Below are positions 47,755-58,173 of a DNA stretch of 64,000 nucleotides, one piece after another; position 1 is the first letter of the stretch; each line of letters begins with the position of its first letter. The position numbers and the translations under genes were made by a program. Where the stretch lies: positions 448,001 through 512,000 of the forward strand of contig CAUVWX020000001.1 of assembly GCA_963555815.3 (NCBI GenBank), written 5' to 3'. This DNA is from a bacterium. GTDB taxonomy: Bacteria; UBA8248; JACPRG01; G963555815. The notes under the pieces are model-generated. The model was not told the DNA's origin. It made no database searches and saw only the letters and a list, made by a program, of their open reading frames with translations.

Positions 47755-48981
47755 TCAGGCCCCATACTTTGTCAAGCGGCCCCCGTGGGCGAGGGCAAGT
47801 GCCATGAGATGGCGCATGAGTTGGCGGCCAAGCCCCCCCCGAAGACAGGCCCTCTCTCCAAAGGTTTTCGCTTCATCGGGCCGACATCTCGCTGCCCAGA
47901 GCAGGACGGGGACCGGGTGCCAGCTATGAGCCCGCATGGAGACCGGGGTCGAGTGGTCCCCGGTCACGACGAGGACATCTGGGCGAAGATCGACAATCTG
48001 TGGAACCACCCGGTCTACTGCTTCAATGGCCTGCCTCTTGCCTTCAAAATCGCCGTCCTCTCCAAAGAGATCGGTGGCCTTGACGTGGAGGTAGAAGAAA
48101 TCAAAGGCCTCAAAACTCTGAGCCAGGATTTTTATCTGTTCCTCAAGGTCTGAGGAGCCGGGGTGAACCTCCATGCCCACCAGGCGAGCGAGGCCCCGGT
48201 ACATGGGATACCCCGCGATGGCGAGGCAGCGAAGGCCATATCTCTCTTTCATAGAGGGAAGCTGCCCCAGGGTGTCGAACCCCCGCAAAAGGACTCCGTT
48301 CGCCCGGGGTTGTTCCCGCAGGATCACACTTGCCTGGGCCACAAAGGCGTTGACGAGCTCAGCCGAGCGGGTCCCGGAGGAACCGCTGGCCCGGGCGGGG
48401 CTGGGCGGCACCCCCGTCCTTTGGGGATCAGTGTCCGACACCTCGGCCGAGAGGCCATCGCCCCGGATGACCACCAGGGCCCGATGCTCCCTCTCCGTCT
48501 GGATAAAGCACTGGACCCCCTCTCCCAACTTGATCCCCTGATTGAGGAGGTCGGTCAGACGCCGATTCAAATCGTCGCCGATCCGTCCGGCCCGTCGGTC
48601 CGTGATGTTTCCGGCCTTATCCAGCGTCGCAAAATTCATGCGGGCGGCCAGATCCCCCGGCTCCAAAGAAAAGTCAAGACCCAGGGCGGAGAGGATCCCC
48701 CGGCCCACCTGATGGGCCCACGGATCATAGCCAAAGAGGGCGAGATGGCCCGGTCCGCTCCCGGGTGTGACACCGGGTGAGACGGGGTCCAGGAGACCGC
48801 AGACACCAGCGGCGCAAAGGTCGTCCAGGTGTGGCGTCCATGCGGCCTCAAGAGGAGTCTTTGCGGAAGGCCCATCGGGGAGGTCGCCAAGCCCGTCCAG
48901 GATGAGAAAGACAAGCTTGGACGTCTGGCTAACCACCAAGGCGTCGGGAAGCTCCTGGGTCACTCTCAGCCACCCTTCCAA
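47755..48981 (-). CDS. apgM: 2,3-bisphosphoglycerate-independent phosphoglycerate mutase (ApgM type)
   Basis: LDGLGD, TPLEAA, GSGPGHLALFGY, DRRAGRI, HVKATD, TGDHSTP and HSWHPVP motifs. Confidence 0.92.
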   Translation of the reverse strand: MEGWLRVTQELPDALVVSQTSKLVFLILDGLGDLPDGPSAKTPLEAAWTPHLDDLCAAGVCGLLDPVSPGVTPGSGPGHLALFGYDPWAHQVGRGILSALGLDFSLEPGDLAARMNFATLDKAGNITDRRAGRIGDDLNRRLTDLLNQGIKLGEGVQCFIQTEREHRALVVIRGDGLSAEVSDTDPQRTGVPPSPARASGSSGTRSAELVNAFVAQASVILREQPRANGVLLRGFDTLGQLPSMKERYGLRCLAIAGYPMYRGLARLVGMEVHPGSSDLEEQIKILAQSFEAFDFFYLHVKATDLFGEDGDFEGKRQAIEAVDRVVPQIVDLRPDVLVVTGDHSTPVSMRAHSWHPVPVLLWAARCRPDEAKTFGERACLRGGLGRQLMRHLMALALAHGGRLTKYGA

Positions 48982-48994
48982 AAGGAGTTCGTTC

Positions 48995-51742
48995 TCAACG
49001 AAAGAGCCTCTTCAAGACCTCACCCAGCACCCGCGAGGGGTCTTCCCCCAGACGCTCTTTCAGGAAGTTCGGGTCCAGGCGCACAGCGGGAGAGTCAAGG
49101 GGGCCTCTAACCCGAAAAGGCACCTCGACCCGGCCCCCCTCCGGGAACAAGGGCCCCAGTATCCCCCGGATGAGCCGACGGCTCATCGACTCGGAGAAAA
49201 GGGCCCTCACTTTAAGGTCCACTGTCCCATCCAGGCCGAGGTGGCCATTGCCACGGAGAGTCACCTTGTCCGCCACGAGCTCGATATCCGGCAAGGAAAG
49301 CCGCCCCTCTTCCAAATGGAAGGGGCCTTGAAGTGAACGAAAGCGAATCTTCCCCGCCTCCTCAGAGAAAAGGCGGGACATCTGGAGGAGCGCCTCCAGT
49401 TCTTCCAGGAACTCAAGGCCGGAGAGCTCCCCATCAGTCAGGGAAATCTCTCCCATGCCCGAAAGCCCGTTCGTTATCTCCTCTTTGCCGAAACCCAGGC
49501 CCTCAAAATCTCCCTGGAGACGAAATTGCCCCGCGAGAGGCACCTTGGAGGCACCAAAGGCTGCGAGAAGTGCCTCGACTCGGGCGTCGTCAACTTGAAT
49601 TCGGGCCTTGTAGGCGGGGCGGTCAACTCCTACTTCCATCTCCCCATCTCCCTCGAGGGTCCCTCCGTAGATCTTCGCTCTCAGCCCGTCGGCCCGAAGC
49701 ACCCCTTCAGAAAGCTGAGCGGAGAATTTGAGGTTCTGGAAGATCGTCCCAAAGGCTGCGCCCTCATCTACCTGGATGGACCCCTCAGCCTCCGCCCGAG
49801 CCAGTAGAAGAGAAAGTTTGGAGGGCTGCTCTTGCACCTCTTCCGGGGCCTGCGCGAAGAGAGACCAAGCGGCCTTTTGGATGAGAGAAGGGCGCAAAAC
49901 TGCCCTGGGGGGTCCCTTAGACGGCAAAAAATCATCCAGGATGAGTCGCGGGGCCCTCACGTCGAAAGTCAGTCGGGGCGAATTCCAATCCGTCAGCCTG
50001 GCCTCGACCTCAAGGGCCGATTCCCCGACCAGCGCCTTCAGTCCAGAGAGTTGAAGGGATCCGAGGGATGCGAGGATCAACCCCTCCAGGTCCCTGACCC
50101 GGTGTGGGAACCCCGGAAGGTTGAAGGCAGCCTTTTCCAGAAGGATCTCCGCCTGGTGCCTTCCCGAGGCAATCTCTTCGGCGGTACCCACGGCGGCAAT
50201 GGTCAGCCGGGCCTCGCCTGCCGGGGCATAGGCCTTGAGCAACGGCACCAGCTCGTCGAGGCCCTCCAGGGGGAAATTCCCCGAAGAGACACTGAGGCGT
50301 AATGGGCCAGACCCAAAAGATTCGGCGATCAGTGATCCCTCGAGTTCCAGCTGTCGAAGCTTTAGCTTCAACGGGTTGACCTCCAGGCTGTTCTCCTTTC
50401 GCACGGCGTCGGCCGTGAGGGTCATGGGAACTCCGCGGCGCTTTCCAAAAAAGTCTCCGAACCGGATCTCTGACGCCAGGGCGTCCCACTCCACGTGAAA
50501 GGTAGAGACCGTCTGCGAGCGCTCAAAGGAGGCCTTCAGAGAGGAGAACCCCACCGCCTCGAGGGAATCCAAAGAAGGACTCGCAAGGGCTTTAAGGAGG
50601 GGGAGGAGCTCGGCCAGATCAAGTTGCGGGCCATCCAGAGACCCCTGCCAATGGCTGCTTCTGTGAATACCATCGGCCTTGGCCCTGAGCTTCAACCGAC
50701 CCGCCTTGGGAAAGAGGTCAACCTCGGCGGTCAACCTTGGACTCTCTGAAATTTGAAGCCCTATTCTGGGAAGGAGACGGAACTCTTCGCCCCTTGCCTG
50801 CTGAACCGGCTTCCCCAGGAAAGAGGCTTGAAGGCCGGAGAGAAAGAGCTCTCCCTCGAGGGTGAGGGTCTCGGAGGGGTTTCCCGTGAAGCGCAGGGCA
50901 CCTTCTACCTCCCCCGCCGTCGGGACAAGGGGAGCCCTTCGAAAGGTCCGCGCGAGGAGGGGCTGGAGGGTCTCGATACTCAGCCCCCCGATTTGAAGTT
51001 CTCCCTCCGCGGGGAAGGTCGAAAAGTCCTCAAAGGGCCCTACCTCGGCGGTAAATTGGAGGTTTGGCTCTTGGACCCTCATGCGGAACTCTACCGTTGA
51101 ACCCAAGGCTGGCTGGCTGAAGTCAATATCAACCCCCTTGAGCGCGAAGGCCTCAGTGCTCCCGATCTCCGGCTCCAGGCGAAATTCCCCATCGCGCACT
51201 CCGAGGCGGGCAATCAGGAGGCCCGCCAGAGGCGAGATCAGGGGGGGCTCGGGTTCGGCGGGAGGGAGGTCGGGTCGGGCGGGAGGCGACTCCTCCCCTC
51301 TCTCAGGCGGCACCTCCTCCCCGGCGGGGACCAGCCCGAAGAGATTGTACCCCCCACCCGGAGTGCGGCGAAGGGTGATTACCGGCTCCTTCAGATTGAT
51401 GCTTTTGATCTCCAGCCGGCGTTGCAGCAAAGGAATGAGCCGAAGACGGGCGACCAGGCTTCGTGCCGTCAGGGCCGGTTGACCGCCGAAGTCGGGTGGG
51501 TCCAGGAGGCTCACCCCCTTCAGTTCCAACCGGGCGGAGGGGAAGACCCTGAACCGTATGGCCTCGGCGTTCACCGGTCGCTCGAGCCGTTGGCTCAACT
51601 CCTGAACGATTCGGTTACGCATAGAATCTAAGCGGAGGATAAAGGGAAGGGCGAAGAGGAGGGCGACTAAGAGGACGACCAGCAGCCCAAAGGCGACGGC
51701 CAGTCGTCGTCCCCAGCGGGGCTTGCGTCTGGCACGCCACAT
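48995..51742 (-). CDS. AsmA-family protein
   Basis: Single N-terminal transmembrane helix followed by a long beta-rich region; AsmA-like N- and C-termini (VPFRVRGPLDSP). Start reassigned to the ATG at 51742. Confidence 0.8.
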   Translation of the reverse strand: MWRARRKPRWGRRLAVAFGLLVVLLVALLFALPFILRLDSMRNRIVQELSQRLERPVNAEAIRFRVFPSARLELKGVSLLDPPDFGGQPALTARSLVARLRLIPLLQRRLEIKSINLKEPVITLRRTPGGGYNLFGLVPAGEEVPPERGEESPPARPDLPPAEPEPPLISPLAGLLIARLGVRDGEFRLEPEIGSTEAFALKGVDIDFSQPALGSTVEFRMRVQEPNLQFTAEVGPFEDFSTFPAEGELQIGGLSIETLQPLLARTFRRAPLVPTAGEVEGALRFTGNPSETLTLEGELFLSGLQASFLGKPVQQARGEEFRLLPRIGLQISESPRLTAEVDLFPKAGRLKLRAKADGIHRSSHWQGSLDGPQLDLAELLPLLKALASPSLDSLEAVGFSSLKASFERSQTVSTFHVEWDALASEIRFGDFFGKRRGVPMTLTADAVRKENSLEVNPLKLKLRQLELEGSLIAESFGSGPLRLSVSSGNFPLEGLDELVPLLKAYAPAGEARLTIAAVGTAEEIASGRHQAEILLEKAAFNLPGFPHRVRDLEGLILASLGSLQLSGLKALVGESALEVEARLTDWNSPRLTFDVRAPRLILDDFLPSKGPPRAVLRPSLIQKAAWSLFAQAPEEVQEQPSKLSLLLARAEAEGSIQVDEGAAFGTIFQNLKFSAQLSEGVLRADGLRAKIYGGTLEGDGEMEVGVDRPAYKARIQVDDARVEALLAAFGASKVPLAGQFRLQGDFEGLGFGKEEITNGLSGMGEISLTDGELSGLEFLEELEALLQMSRLFSEEAGKIRFRSLQGPFHLEEGRLSLPDIELVADKVTLRGNGHLGLDGTVDLKVRALFSESMSRRLIRGILGPLFPEGGRVEVPFRVRGPLDSPAVRLDPNFLKERLGEDPSRVLGEVLKRLFR

Positions 51743-51815
51743 GGCAGTCCCTAGCGGGAAGGTGGTGGTATTTCCCGAGCCGCCGGGGGGGCGAAGACCC
51801 AAGAGCCCTCAAGGA

Positions 51816-52730
51816 TCACAGGTCTTCCAGCTTCGACAGAGCTTCCTCCGCCTCGGGGGAGTCAGGATGTTGATCGATGACCTGCGTCAGCAGTTGCCTT
51901 GCGGAGGTCTCATCCCCCAGGGCGAGAAAGGCATAACCCTGCTTGAGTAGAGCGCTTGCGATCCTGTCCCCCGTCTCATAATTGATGACGACTTTGTCAA
52001 ATTCCAGGATCGCTTTTTCGTAGCGTTTCTGAGTGAAGTAAGTCTCCCCGATGGAGTACTGGGCGTCATCCGCGAACTCAGACTTCGGGAAGAGTGTCAG
52101 GAAGCCCTCAAGCTCCCTTCGCGCCTCGGAGAGGTTGCCCCCCAGGGCCAGTTCGAGGGCATCATCATAAAGGCGTCTTTCTTCAGACATGTGAGGCGGG
52201 ATCGGGGCAACAGCCTCTGGACCCCCATCGGGAACAAAGCCGAGAGCGGGCGGGACTCCCTCCACAGGGGGAAACGGCAGGGACTCCGCTGGTGTTGTGG
52301 GAGGGACGGTCGACCTGAAGCCCAGGTTATTCTTGACCAGGAGGAGATCCCTCTCCAGGGCTTCCAGACGCCCTTGCAGACCCTCTTTCAATTCATCAAG
52401 CTCCCTGGCCGTTTTGTTGGCCAGGAACTGGGTCTCCTCGACATCCCCGGTGGCTGTCGCCGTCGACTGGAGCGCGCTTTGAAGCCTTGTCTCCAAATCA
52501 GCCTGAGTTTCTTGCAACCGCTTTAGTTCCGTTTGAAGTGTTTCCACCTCTTGCAAGGCCGTCCGCTTTCCCCCCTCTGTCCCCTCGGAAGTGTCCTTCA
52601 GGGTCGCAACGTCCGCCTGAAGGCGCCTGATGTCGCGCTGCAACACCTCAGCTTCTTCGATTGGTATGCAGCCGGCAAGCAGGAGGAAGAAGCCTGCACC
52701 TGCCAGACGCCATGACGTTGCGCGAACCAT
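51816..52730 (-). CDS. cpoB: Tol-Pal system protein CpoB/YbgF
   Basis: Lipobox LLAGC, coiled coil, C-terminal TPR (ADDAQYSIGE, ALLKQG); directly follows pal. Confidence 0.88.
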   Translation of the reverse strand: MVRATSWRLAGAGFFLLLAGCIPIEEAEVLQRDIRRLQADVATLKDTSEGTEGGKRTALQEVETLQTELKRLQETQADLETRLQSALQSTATATGDVEETQFLANKTARELDELKEGLQGRLEALERDLLLVKNNLGFRSTVPPTTPAESLPFPPVEGVPPALGFVPDGGPEAVAPIPPHMSEERRLYDDALELALGGNLSEARRELEGFLTLFPKSEFADDAQYSIGETYFTQKRYEKAILEFDKVVINYETGDRIASALLKQGYAFLALGDETSARQLLTQVIDQHPDSPEAEEALSKLEDL

Positions 52731-52772
52731 TTAAACCTCAGCGGCGGGGTCTGCTCGAAAAACGCCCTTCTC

Positions 52773-53354
52773 TTACTGCCCAATCACGAGAAAGCGTGCC
52801 CTTCGGTTCTTGCCGTAGGCCGCCTCGTTCTTAGAGGGGTCAAGGGGCCGCTCCTCGCCAAAACTGATGGTCGAGAGCCGATCGGCAGCGATGCCCAGGG
52901 CAGTCAAAAAGACCCTGGCGCTCTCTGCCCGCCGATCCCCCAGGGCCAGGTTGTACTGGACTGTTCCGCGCTCATCGGCGTGCCCTTCAATCTGAACCCG
53001 GATATTGGGATGGGCCCTGAGAAAGTCAGCCTTCTGCCGAAGGACACCCTTGTACCGCTCCGTGATCTCAGATCGGTCAAAGTTGAAAAGGACGAGCTCT
53101 CGCTCAAAGGCCGACAGGGACAGCCGGAACTCCCGCTCCCTTCGGGCCTGTTCCAACTTCCGGCGATCCTCCTCCGGGACAACCTGGGACACTGCCGGAG
53201 GCCGAGGCGGCGTCGGGCGACGGACCTCTTCCCTCGGCGCGGGAGGAGCTGGCGGTGGCACGGCTTCGGGAGGCGCTTTGGGACACCCTATCACAAGGGC
53301 AGCCAGACCAATAACAGAGAGAAGTGGGACACGACTACGCCAAGTTCTGGACAT
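52773..53354 (-). CDS. pal: Peptidoglycan-associated lipoprotein Pal
   Basis: Lipobox VIGC; FNFD, EGHADERGT, YNLALGDRRA, SFGEERP and NRR motifs. Confidence 0.93.
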   Translation of the reverse strand: MSRTWRSRVPLLSVIGLAALVIGCPKAPPEAVPPPAPPAPREEVRRPTPPRPPAVSQVVPEEDRRKLEQARREREFRLSLSAFERELVLFNFDRSEITERYKGVLRQKADFLRAHPNIRVQIEGHADERGTVQYNLALGDRRAESARVFLTALGIAADRLSTISFGEERPLDPSKNEAAYGKNRRARFLVIGQ

Positions 53355-53456
53355 CTATCCTCCTCCTTTTCTCACAAGACCCCCAAGAGGCCCCCTCAGC
53401 AAATCTGTCGCCTAAAAAAAGGTGCAGCGTAATATATCCCATTTGGTCCCCCATAT

Positions 53457-54779
53457 TCATCTCTTTTTTCGAGGGGACCAGGCGGGCGTCTCCCCACGCT
53501 GAAGGCGCCGGACAAACTGGCCCGCGGTGTTCATGACGTAGATGGCCTCTCTCCCGCTCCGAGTCGAGGTAAAAGCGATGAGGCGCCCGTCGGGAGACCA
53601 GACAGGGTCCGTATTGTCGCCAACATTTTGGGTCAGCTGGATCAACCCGCTGCCATCGGTACGGATGAGGAAGATGTCAAAACGTCCATCCGCCAGGCTG
53701 GAGAAGACGATCCGGTCTCCCCGCGGAGACCAGGCAGGTCCCGAGTTGTAATTGCCTTCAAAGGTGAGCCTCTGGACCTCTTGGCCCGAGATCTTCATGA
53801 GGTGGACCTGCGGGGAGCCCGAGCGGTTGGAAGTGAAGGCGATGGACTCTCCGTCGGGAGACCAGGTCGGGTCCACGTCGATAGCGAAGTGATCGGTGAG
53901 CCGGCGAAGGATCTGGCCGTCGGGGTGAAGAAGATAGAGATCTGCGTTTCCAGCACGGCTGAGGGCGGCTGTCATGAGAGAGCCGTCCGGCGACCAGACG
54001 CCGCCGGTTGCCACCTCAGCCGCGAGGGCAAAGGGCTGCACCTTGGCCTGGGCCAGCTCCAGCATGTAGAGACCCGGCTGTCCCTGCTGAAAAGAAGTGA
54101 AGGAGAGTTGCGCCCCATCCGGCGACCAAGCGGGCTTGAGGTTGGTCGAGCCGTTTCGCGTCAGCTGCTTCACGTTAAAACCGTCGTAGTCCATCACAAA
54201 GAGCTCTTTGTTTCCCCGGCGGGATGAGACAAAGGCGATCTGCGTGTCGAAGATCCCAGACTCGCCGGACAGGCTTTTCAGCACCTCATTGGCGAAGTTA
54301 TGGGAGACCTGGCGATAGTCCCCGAGCTTGACGGTGTACTTTTTTCCAACCGCCATGGTCCCCTGGACCACCACAAAGAGCCTGGCCTCTATCTCTAGCT
54401 GTTCTCCCTCGACCCGGAATCCCCCCTTAATCAGGGCCTCTGCCCCAATGGCCGTCCAATCCCGAAAGTCGATATCCTCGGGTTCCAGCCCCCCCTGAAG
54501 GGGATCCTCAAGGAAGGTGACCGGATCAAGGACCCGAAAGAGGCCTGTGACCCCAAGGTCGTCCGCAATGACCTGTCCGAGCTTCCAGCCCAGGGCCTCA
54601 TCTCCACTCTCGGGCGTGAGGTTTTTAAAAGGGGGAATGGCGATGGGCAACTGTCTCCCCCCCCCGGGGCCGATGTCCAGATAGACCTTGGGCTGGGAAC
54701 GGGCGAGGGCCGCGGCGAAGACAATAAAGACCCCTACCGCAAGGCAAAGGGTCCACTTGGATATCTTGGAGTTCTTCAT
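53457..54779 (-). CDS. tolB: Tol-Pal beta-propeller protein TolB
   Basis: Signal peptide, TolB_N domain (IAIPPF, IADDL), GIFDTQIAFV and repeated PxWSPDG (PD40) motifs. Confidence 0.93.
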   Translation of the reverse strand: MKNSKISKWTLCLAVGVFIVFAAALARSQPKVYLDIGPGGGRQLPIAIPPFKNLTPESGDEALGWKLGQVIADDLGVTGLFRVLDPVTFLEDPLQGGLEPEDIDFRDWTAIGAEALIKGGFRVEGEQLEIEARLFVVVQGTMAVGKKYTVKLGDYRQVSHNFANEVLKSLSGESGIFDTQIAFVSSRRGNKELFVMDYDGFNVKQLTRNGSTNLKPAWSPDGAQLSFTSFQQGQPGLYMLELAQAKVQPFALAAEVATGGVWSPDGSLMTAALSRAGNADLYLLHPDGQILRRLTDHFAIDVDPTWSPDGESIAFTSNRSGSPQVHLMKISGQEVQRLTFEGNYNSGPAWSPRGDRIVFSSLADGRFDIFLIRTDGSGLIQLTQNVGDNTDPVWSPDGRLIAFTSTRSGREAIYVMNTAGQFVRRLQRGETPAWSPRKKR

Positions 54780-54828
54780 TCCTGTTGGGCCTTCGCCTGA
54801 AATTAAGCTGAGGGCCTGGAGGTGTGAT

Positions 54829-55659
54829 TCACTGAACCCTCGGCGTGAAGCGCAATCCTACACGAAAGATGCTGCCCGAAGAGGCCTCAGGGGGAGCAGG
54901 AAGCTGGGCGACCTTGGCCAGGGCCCGCTCCACAGACTCGTCGAAATAACGATCCCCTGAACGACGCTCAAATTTAATTTCGATAATCTTTCCTGCCGGA
55001 TCAACCCCGATGGAGACAATCGCCCGGAGGGTCTCCGCACGAGCAGAACTCGGCAGGACCCAGGCCTCCTCGAGGATTTGCCAAACCTGATTGTAATAAG
55101 CCCTGTGGCGAAGGTCCAGGGTGACCGAGGAGACGCCCCCCCGGGGTGGGCCTCCGGGACCCTCTATCCCCTCTCCGGCCCGCTCCTTGGCAAGCCGCTC
55201 CCGGATCTCTTCCAGGCCGGCCTTCACGTCAGCCTCCTCAGGATCTGGGACACTCTCCTGCTTGGCAGGAGGTTCCTCCTTGGGCTTTGCGGGCTCGACC
55301 GCCTTCGCCTCAACCGGGGGCTTGGGTGCGGGTGCCGCCTTGGGCACAGGTTTCACCTTGGGCGGAGGCGTCGCCCTAACCGCTGGTGTCTCCTTCGGTG
55401 GAGGTGTCACCTTGGCTTCCACCTTAGGGGCAGGCCTCGGTGCCGCCTCAACCTTTCTTGGGGAGGACGGTGCAGCGGGCCTGGTGGGCCCCGGCCCAAT
55501 GAGATTCACGGTCATGGCCGGCGCGTAGAATTTCCGGGGTTTGTCCGACAATGGGCTCAGGGTCAAGATCCCTCCCAGGATAGCCGCATGAACCAGCACC
55601 GAGACGACTACCACGGGTGCCCATCCAGTCTTGCGCGAGGAGACCTCTCTGGAATTCAT
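54829..55659 (-). CDS. tolA: TolA/TonB-family energy transducer
   Basis: Transmembrane helix with SxxxH (SVLVH), Pro/Lys/Ala-rich linker, C-terminal SGDRYFDESVERA; lies between tolR and tolB. Confidence 0.8.
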   Translation of the reverse strand: MNSREVSSRKTGWAPVVVVSVLVHAAILGGILTLSPLSDKPRKFYAPAMTVNLIGPGPTRPAAPSSPRKVEAAPRPAPKVEAKVTPPPKETPAVRATPPPKVKPVPKAAPAPKPPVEAKAVEPAKPKEEPPAKQESVPDPEEADVKAGLEEIRERLAKERAGEGIEGPGGPPRGGVSSVTLDLRHRAYYNQVWQILEEAWVLPSSARAETLRAIVSIGVDPAGKIIEIKFERRSGDRYFDESVERALAKVAQLPAPPEASSGSIFRVGLRFTPRVQ

Positions 55660-56072
55660 GGCTCAGTTAAGGTCGTTGCCTCGGTCACCATGCCGATCCG
55701 CCCGATCCCGCTCTTTCGGATCAGCCCCATCACCTCGACGACGAAACCGTAGGGGACATCCTTATCGGATCTGAGGAAGACCTCTTTTCTGGGTCGATCC
55801 TGATAGAGGGCCTGAAGCTTGGCCCCGAGCTGGGAGAGGGTAAGCGGAGCCCGGTTGAGGTAGACCTTTCGCTCCTTTGTAATGGTCACCACGAACTGAT
55901 CTTCCTGGAGGGGGAGCTCGGGGGCGTTCATAGCGGGAAGACTCACGTCCACCCCCTGCTGAAGGAGAGGGGCTGTGACCATAAAGATGATCAGGAGAAC
56001 CAGCATGACGTCCACAAGGGGTATCATGTTGATCTCGTGGAGTGTGCTCCCCTGTTTGGAATCGAGGGCCAA
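55656..56072 (-). CDS. tolR: Tol-Pal protein TolR
   Basis: EINMIPLVDVMLVLLIIFMVTAP and VPYGFVVEVM motifs. Confidence 0.9.
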   Translation of the reverse strand: MALDSKQGSTLHEINMIPLVDVMLVLLIIFMVTAPLLQQGVDVSLPAMNAPELPLQEDQFVVTITKERKVYLNRAPLTLSQLGAKLQALYQDRPRKEVFLRSDKDVPYGFVVEVMGLIRKSGIGRIGMVTEATTLTEP

Positions 56073-56078
56073 GAGGCC

Positions 56079-56801
56079 TCACCTCCGCAAATAGTGGCGC
56101 TCGACCAGGTTCAGGAACTCGGACGAAAAGTTTTCCATCTCTTCCCCAAGGGCCCTGGTGCGATTCACATAGTAGTTGTAGGCCACCACCGCCGGGATGG
56201 CCGCCGCCAGGCCAGCGGCCGTGGCGACCAAGGCCTCGCTGATCCCCGGGGCCACTACGGCCAGGCTCGCCGCCCCAGTGCGACCGATCCCCCGAAAGGC
56301 ATTCATGATCCCCCACACCGTCCCAAAGAGGCCGATGAAGGGGGTCGTGCTCCCCGTCGTGGCGAGAAAGATGAGGGACCGCTCCAGCCGGTTCGACTCC
56401 AGGCTCCGCGCCCTTACGAGGGCCCGGCGAATATTCTCAACGCCGGAGACCTCTGTCGCCACAGCGATGGAGTTCTCCTGAGATTCGCCGGAGACCGCCT
56501 GGTTGACCCGAGAAAATTCCCGGTAGCCCGCCCGAAACACCTTCGCCAGGGGACTCTCCAGGAGGCCGGACGAAATCTCATAGAGGGAATCCAGGTTCGT
56601 GTTGTTCCAAAAGGCCTGAAGGAAGCCTTCTGACTGCGCCTGGGCCTTCCCGATGAGACGATACTTCAGAAAGATGATGGCCCAGGAGACTACGGAGAAA
56701 GCCAGAAGGACGAGAAGGACGAACTGGACCATCGGCCCAGCACTCAGGACAAGTCCCCATATACCGCTGCTGCCCTGTCCGAGATTAATGGAAAAAGGCA
56801 C
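56079..56801 (-). CDS. tolQ: Tol-Pal protein TolQ
   Basis: SVVSWAII, TPFIGLFGTVWGIM and VAPGISEALVATAAGL motifs. Confidence 0.92.
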   Translation of the reverse strand: MPFSINLGQGSSGIWGLVLSAGPMVQFVLLVLLAFSVVSWAIIFLKYRLIGKAQAQSEGFLQAFWNNTNLDSLYEISSGLLESPLAKVFRAGYREFSRVNQAVSGESQENSIAVATEVSGVENIRRALVRARSLESNRLERSLIFLATTGSTTPFIGLFGTVWGIMNAFRGIGRTGAASLAVVAPGISEALVATAAGLAAAIPAVVAYNYYVNRTRALGEEMENFSSEFLNLVERHYLRR

Positions 56802-56863
56802 GTTCCACCGACCCTAAAAGGTTCACTAACCCCTATAAAAGCTACCAACTACCGCCTTGAAAG

Positions 56864-58123
56864 TCAACGCCCGTCCGCCGAGGGGATGACTGTGGCCGCC
56901 TCCTCGATGAGCGAAATGACCCTGAGAATAACGCGGCCCACCTCGTCAAGCCCCTCCTCCTCAATCAAATCGGGAGAATCTCTCCGTGTGTGAACATGAC
57001 CAATCGCCCGGGCCACGACGGAGAAGTCGGCCGCCGGGTAGCCCGCATCGGAGAAAGGGACATGATCCATCAAGAGACTGCCAAGGAGGCTGAACCGCCG
57101 AAGAGAAACCCCCTCTTGGTGGGCTGCATCTTGAAGGAGCTCCTGGAGCGTGCTTGCCTGGTCCCCCCATCTTCTCCCCGGTCCTCCGAACAGGCGAAGT
57201 TTCTGCGGAATCCCCACTGTATCGATGTTGACAACAGCGGTCTCCCCGGGGTCCCACTCGTGTCTCTGTTGGCGAAGGAGGGCATAAGCCCCGCACAGAC
57301 CCAACTCCTCCGCACCTGTCAAGGCCAAAACCACACGGAGACCCCGGGTGGGACTGGACGCCAGGGCCTCGGCCAGGGCGAGGACGACTCCGGCCCCAGA
57401 GGCATTGTCCAGCCCCCCGGGCGATAAATTATCTGTCCGAGCGGTCGCCAGGATAAGAATGAGGAGAAGTGCGAGTGCCGTCAGGAAGTTCACGCCTAAG
57501 CCACCAGGCTCGAGAAGGGAGACCGCCGAGAGAACATAAAAAACCGACAGGGCGAAGAAGCTGGCTGAAAGGGTGAGAAAGAGGAGGAGCCGTTGCGTGA
57601 GGGATTGGCTCGTATGCGTGAGGTATTGGCTTGTTCCCTTGGAGTCGTAGTGGGCCATAAGAATGAGCCGGGGAGCTTCCTTCTCCCCCGTCCCCATTTC
57701 CGCCACCAGGTTCTTCGACCCCCGACCCTTGGGCGCTTCGCGAAGGACCCGCCTTCGAGCGAAGGACCTCCACAGAGAACCCGCCTTCAATGCAAAGAAC
57801 CCCAAGGCGGCAACCAGGGCGGCTGAAGCCCAAGGGCTGGCGGGGCTGAAAACCCTGGCTGCGAGACAGAGGAGACCGGAGCCCCCCAGCGCCCACGAGG
57901 TGAAGGCCGAGCCCGTCGTCCCCAGGCCAAAAGCCTCCTCCCTCACTTACCATCCGGCCTCAAGGAGAGTGCGCCGAAGATAGGCCGCGGCGGCCCCCTC
58001 TCCCTCCGTTCCGACCAAGCGTGGGGAGGCGATCTGACGGGCGTGATGGAGGGCTTTTTGTGCATCGAAAAACCGCCCAGAGGGCTTCGCCTGGGCACGT
58101 CTGGGTTTTCCCGGATCATCCAC
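56864..58123 (-). pseudogene. M28-family membrane metallopeptidase interrupted by an in-frame TAA (57947-57949)
   Basis: Catalytic motifs AHYDS, DNASG, AEELG, NID and DH lie downstream. The same frame upstream of the TAA reads FDAQKALHHARQIASPRLVGTEGEGAAAAYL, a typical M28 N-terminus, from a GTG at 58123. Confidence 0.75.
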
Positions 58124-58173
58124 CCTATGTTATCCTCGCCCTGCGCCTTAAATCCGACCTTGGGAGGAAATCA

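Noticed and set aside
57947..57949. Selenocysteine/pyrrolysine or genetic-code reassignment at the M28 internal stop
   Set aside because: The codon is TAA, not TGA/TAG, and TAA terminates grpE, htpX and pal normally.
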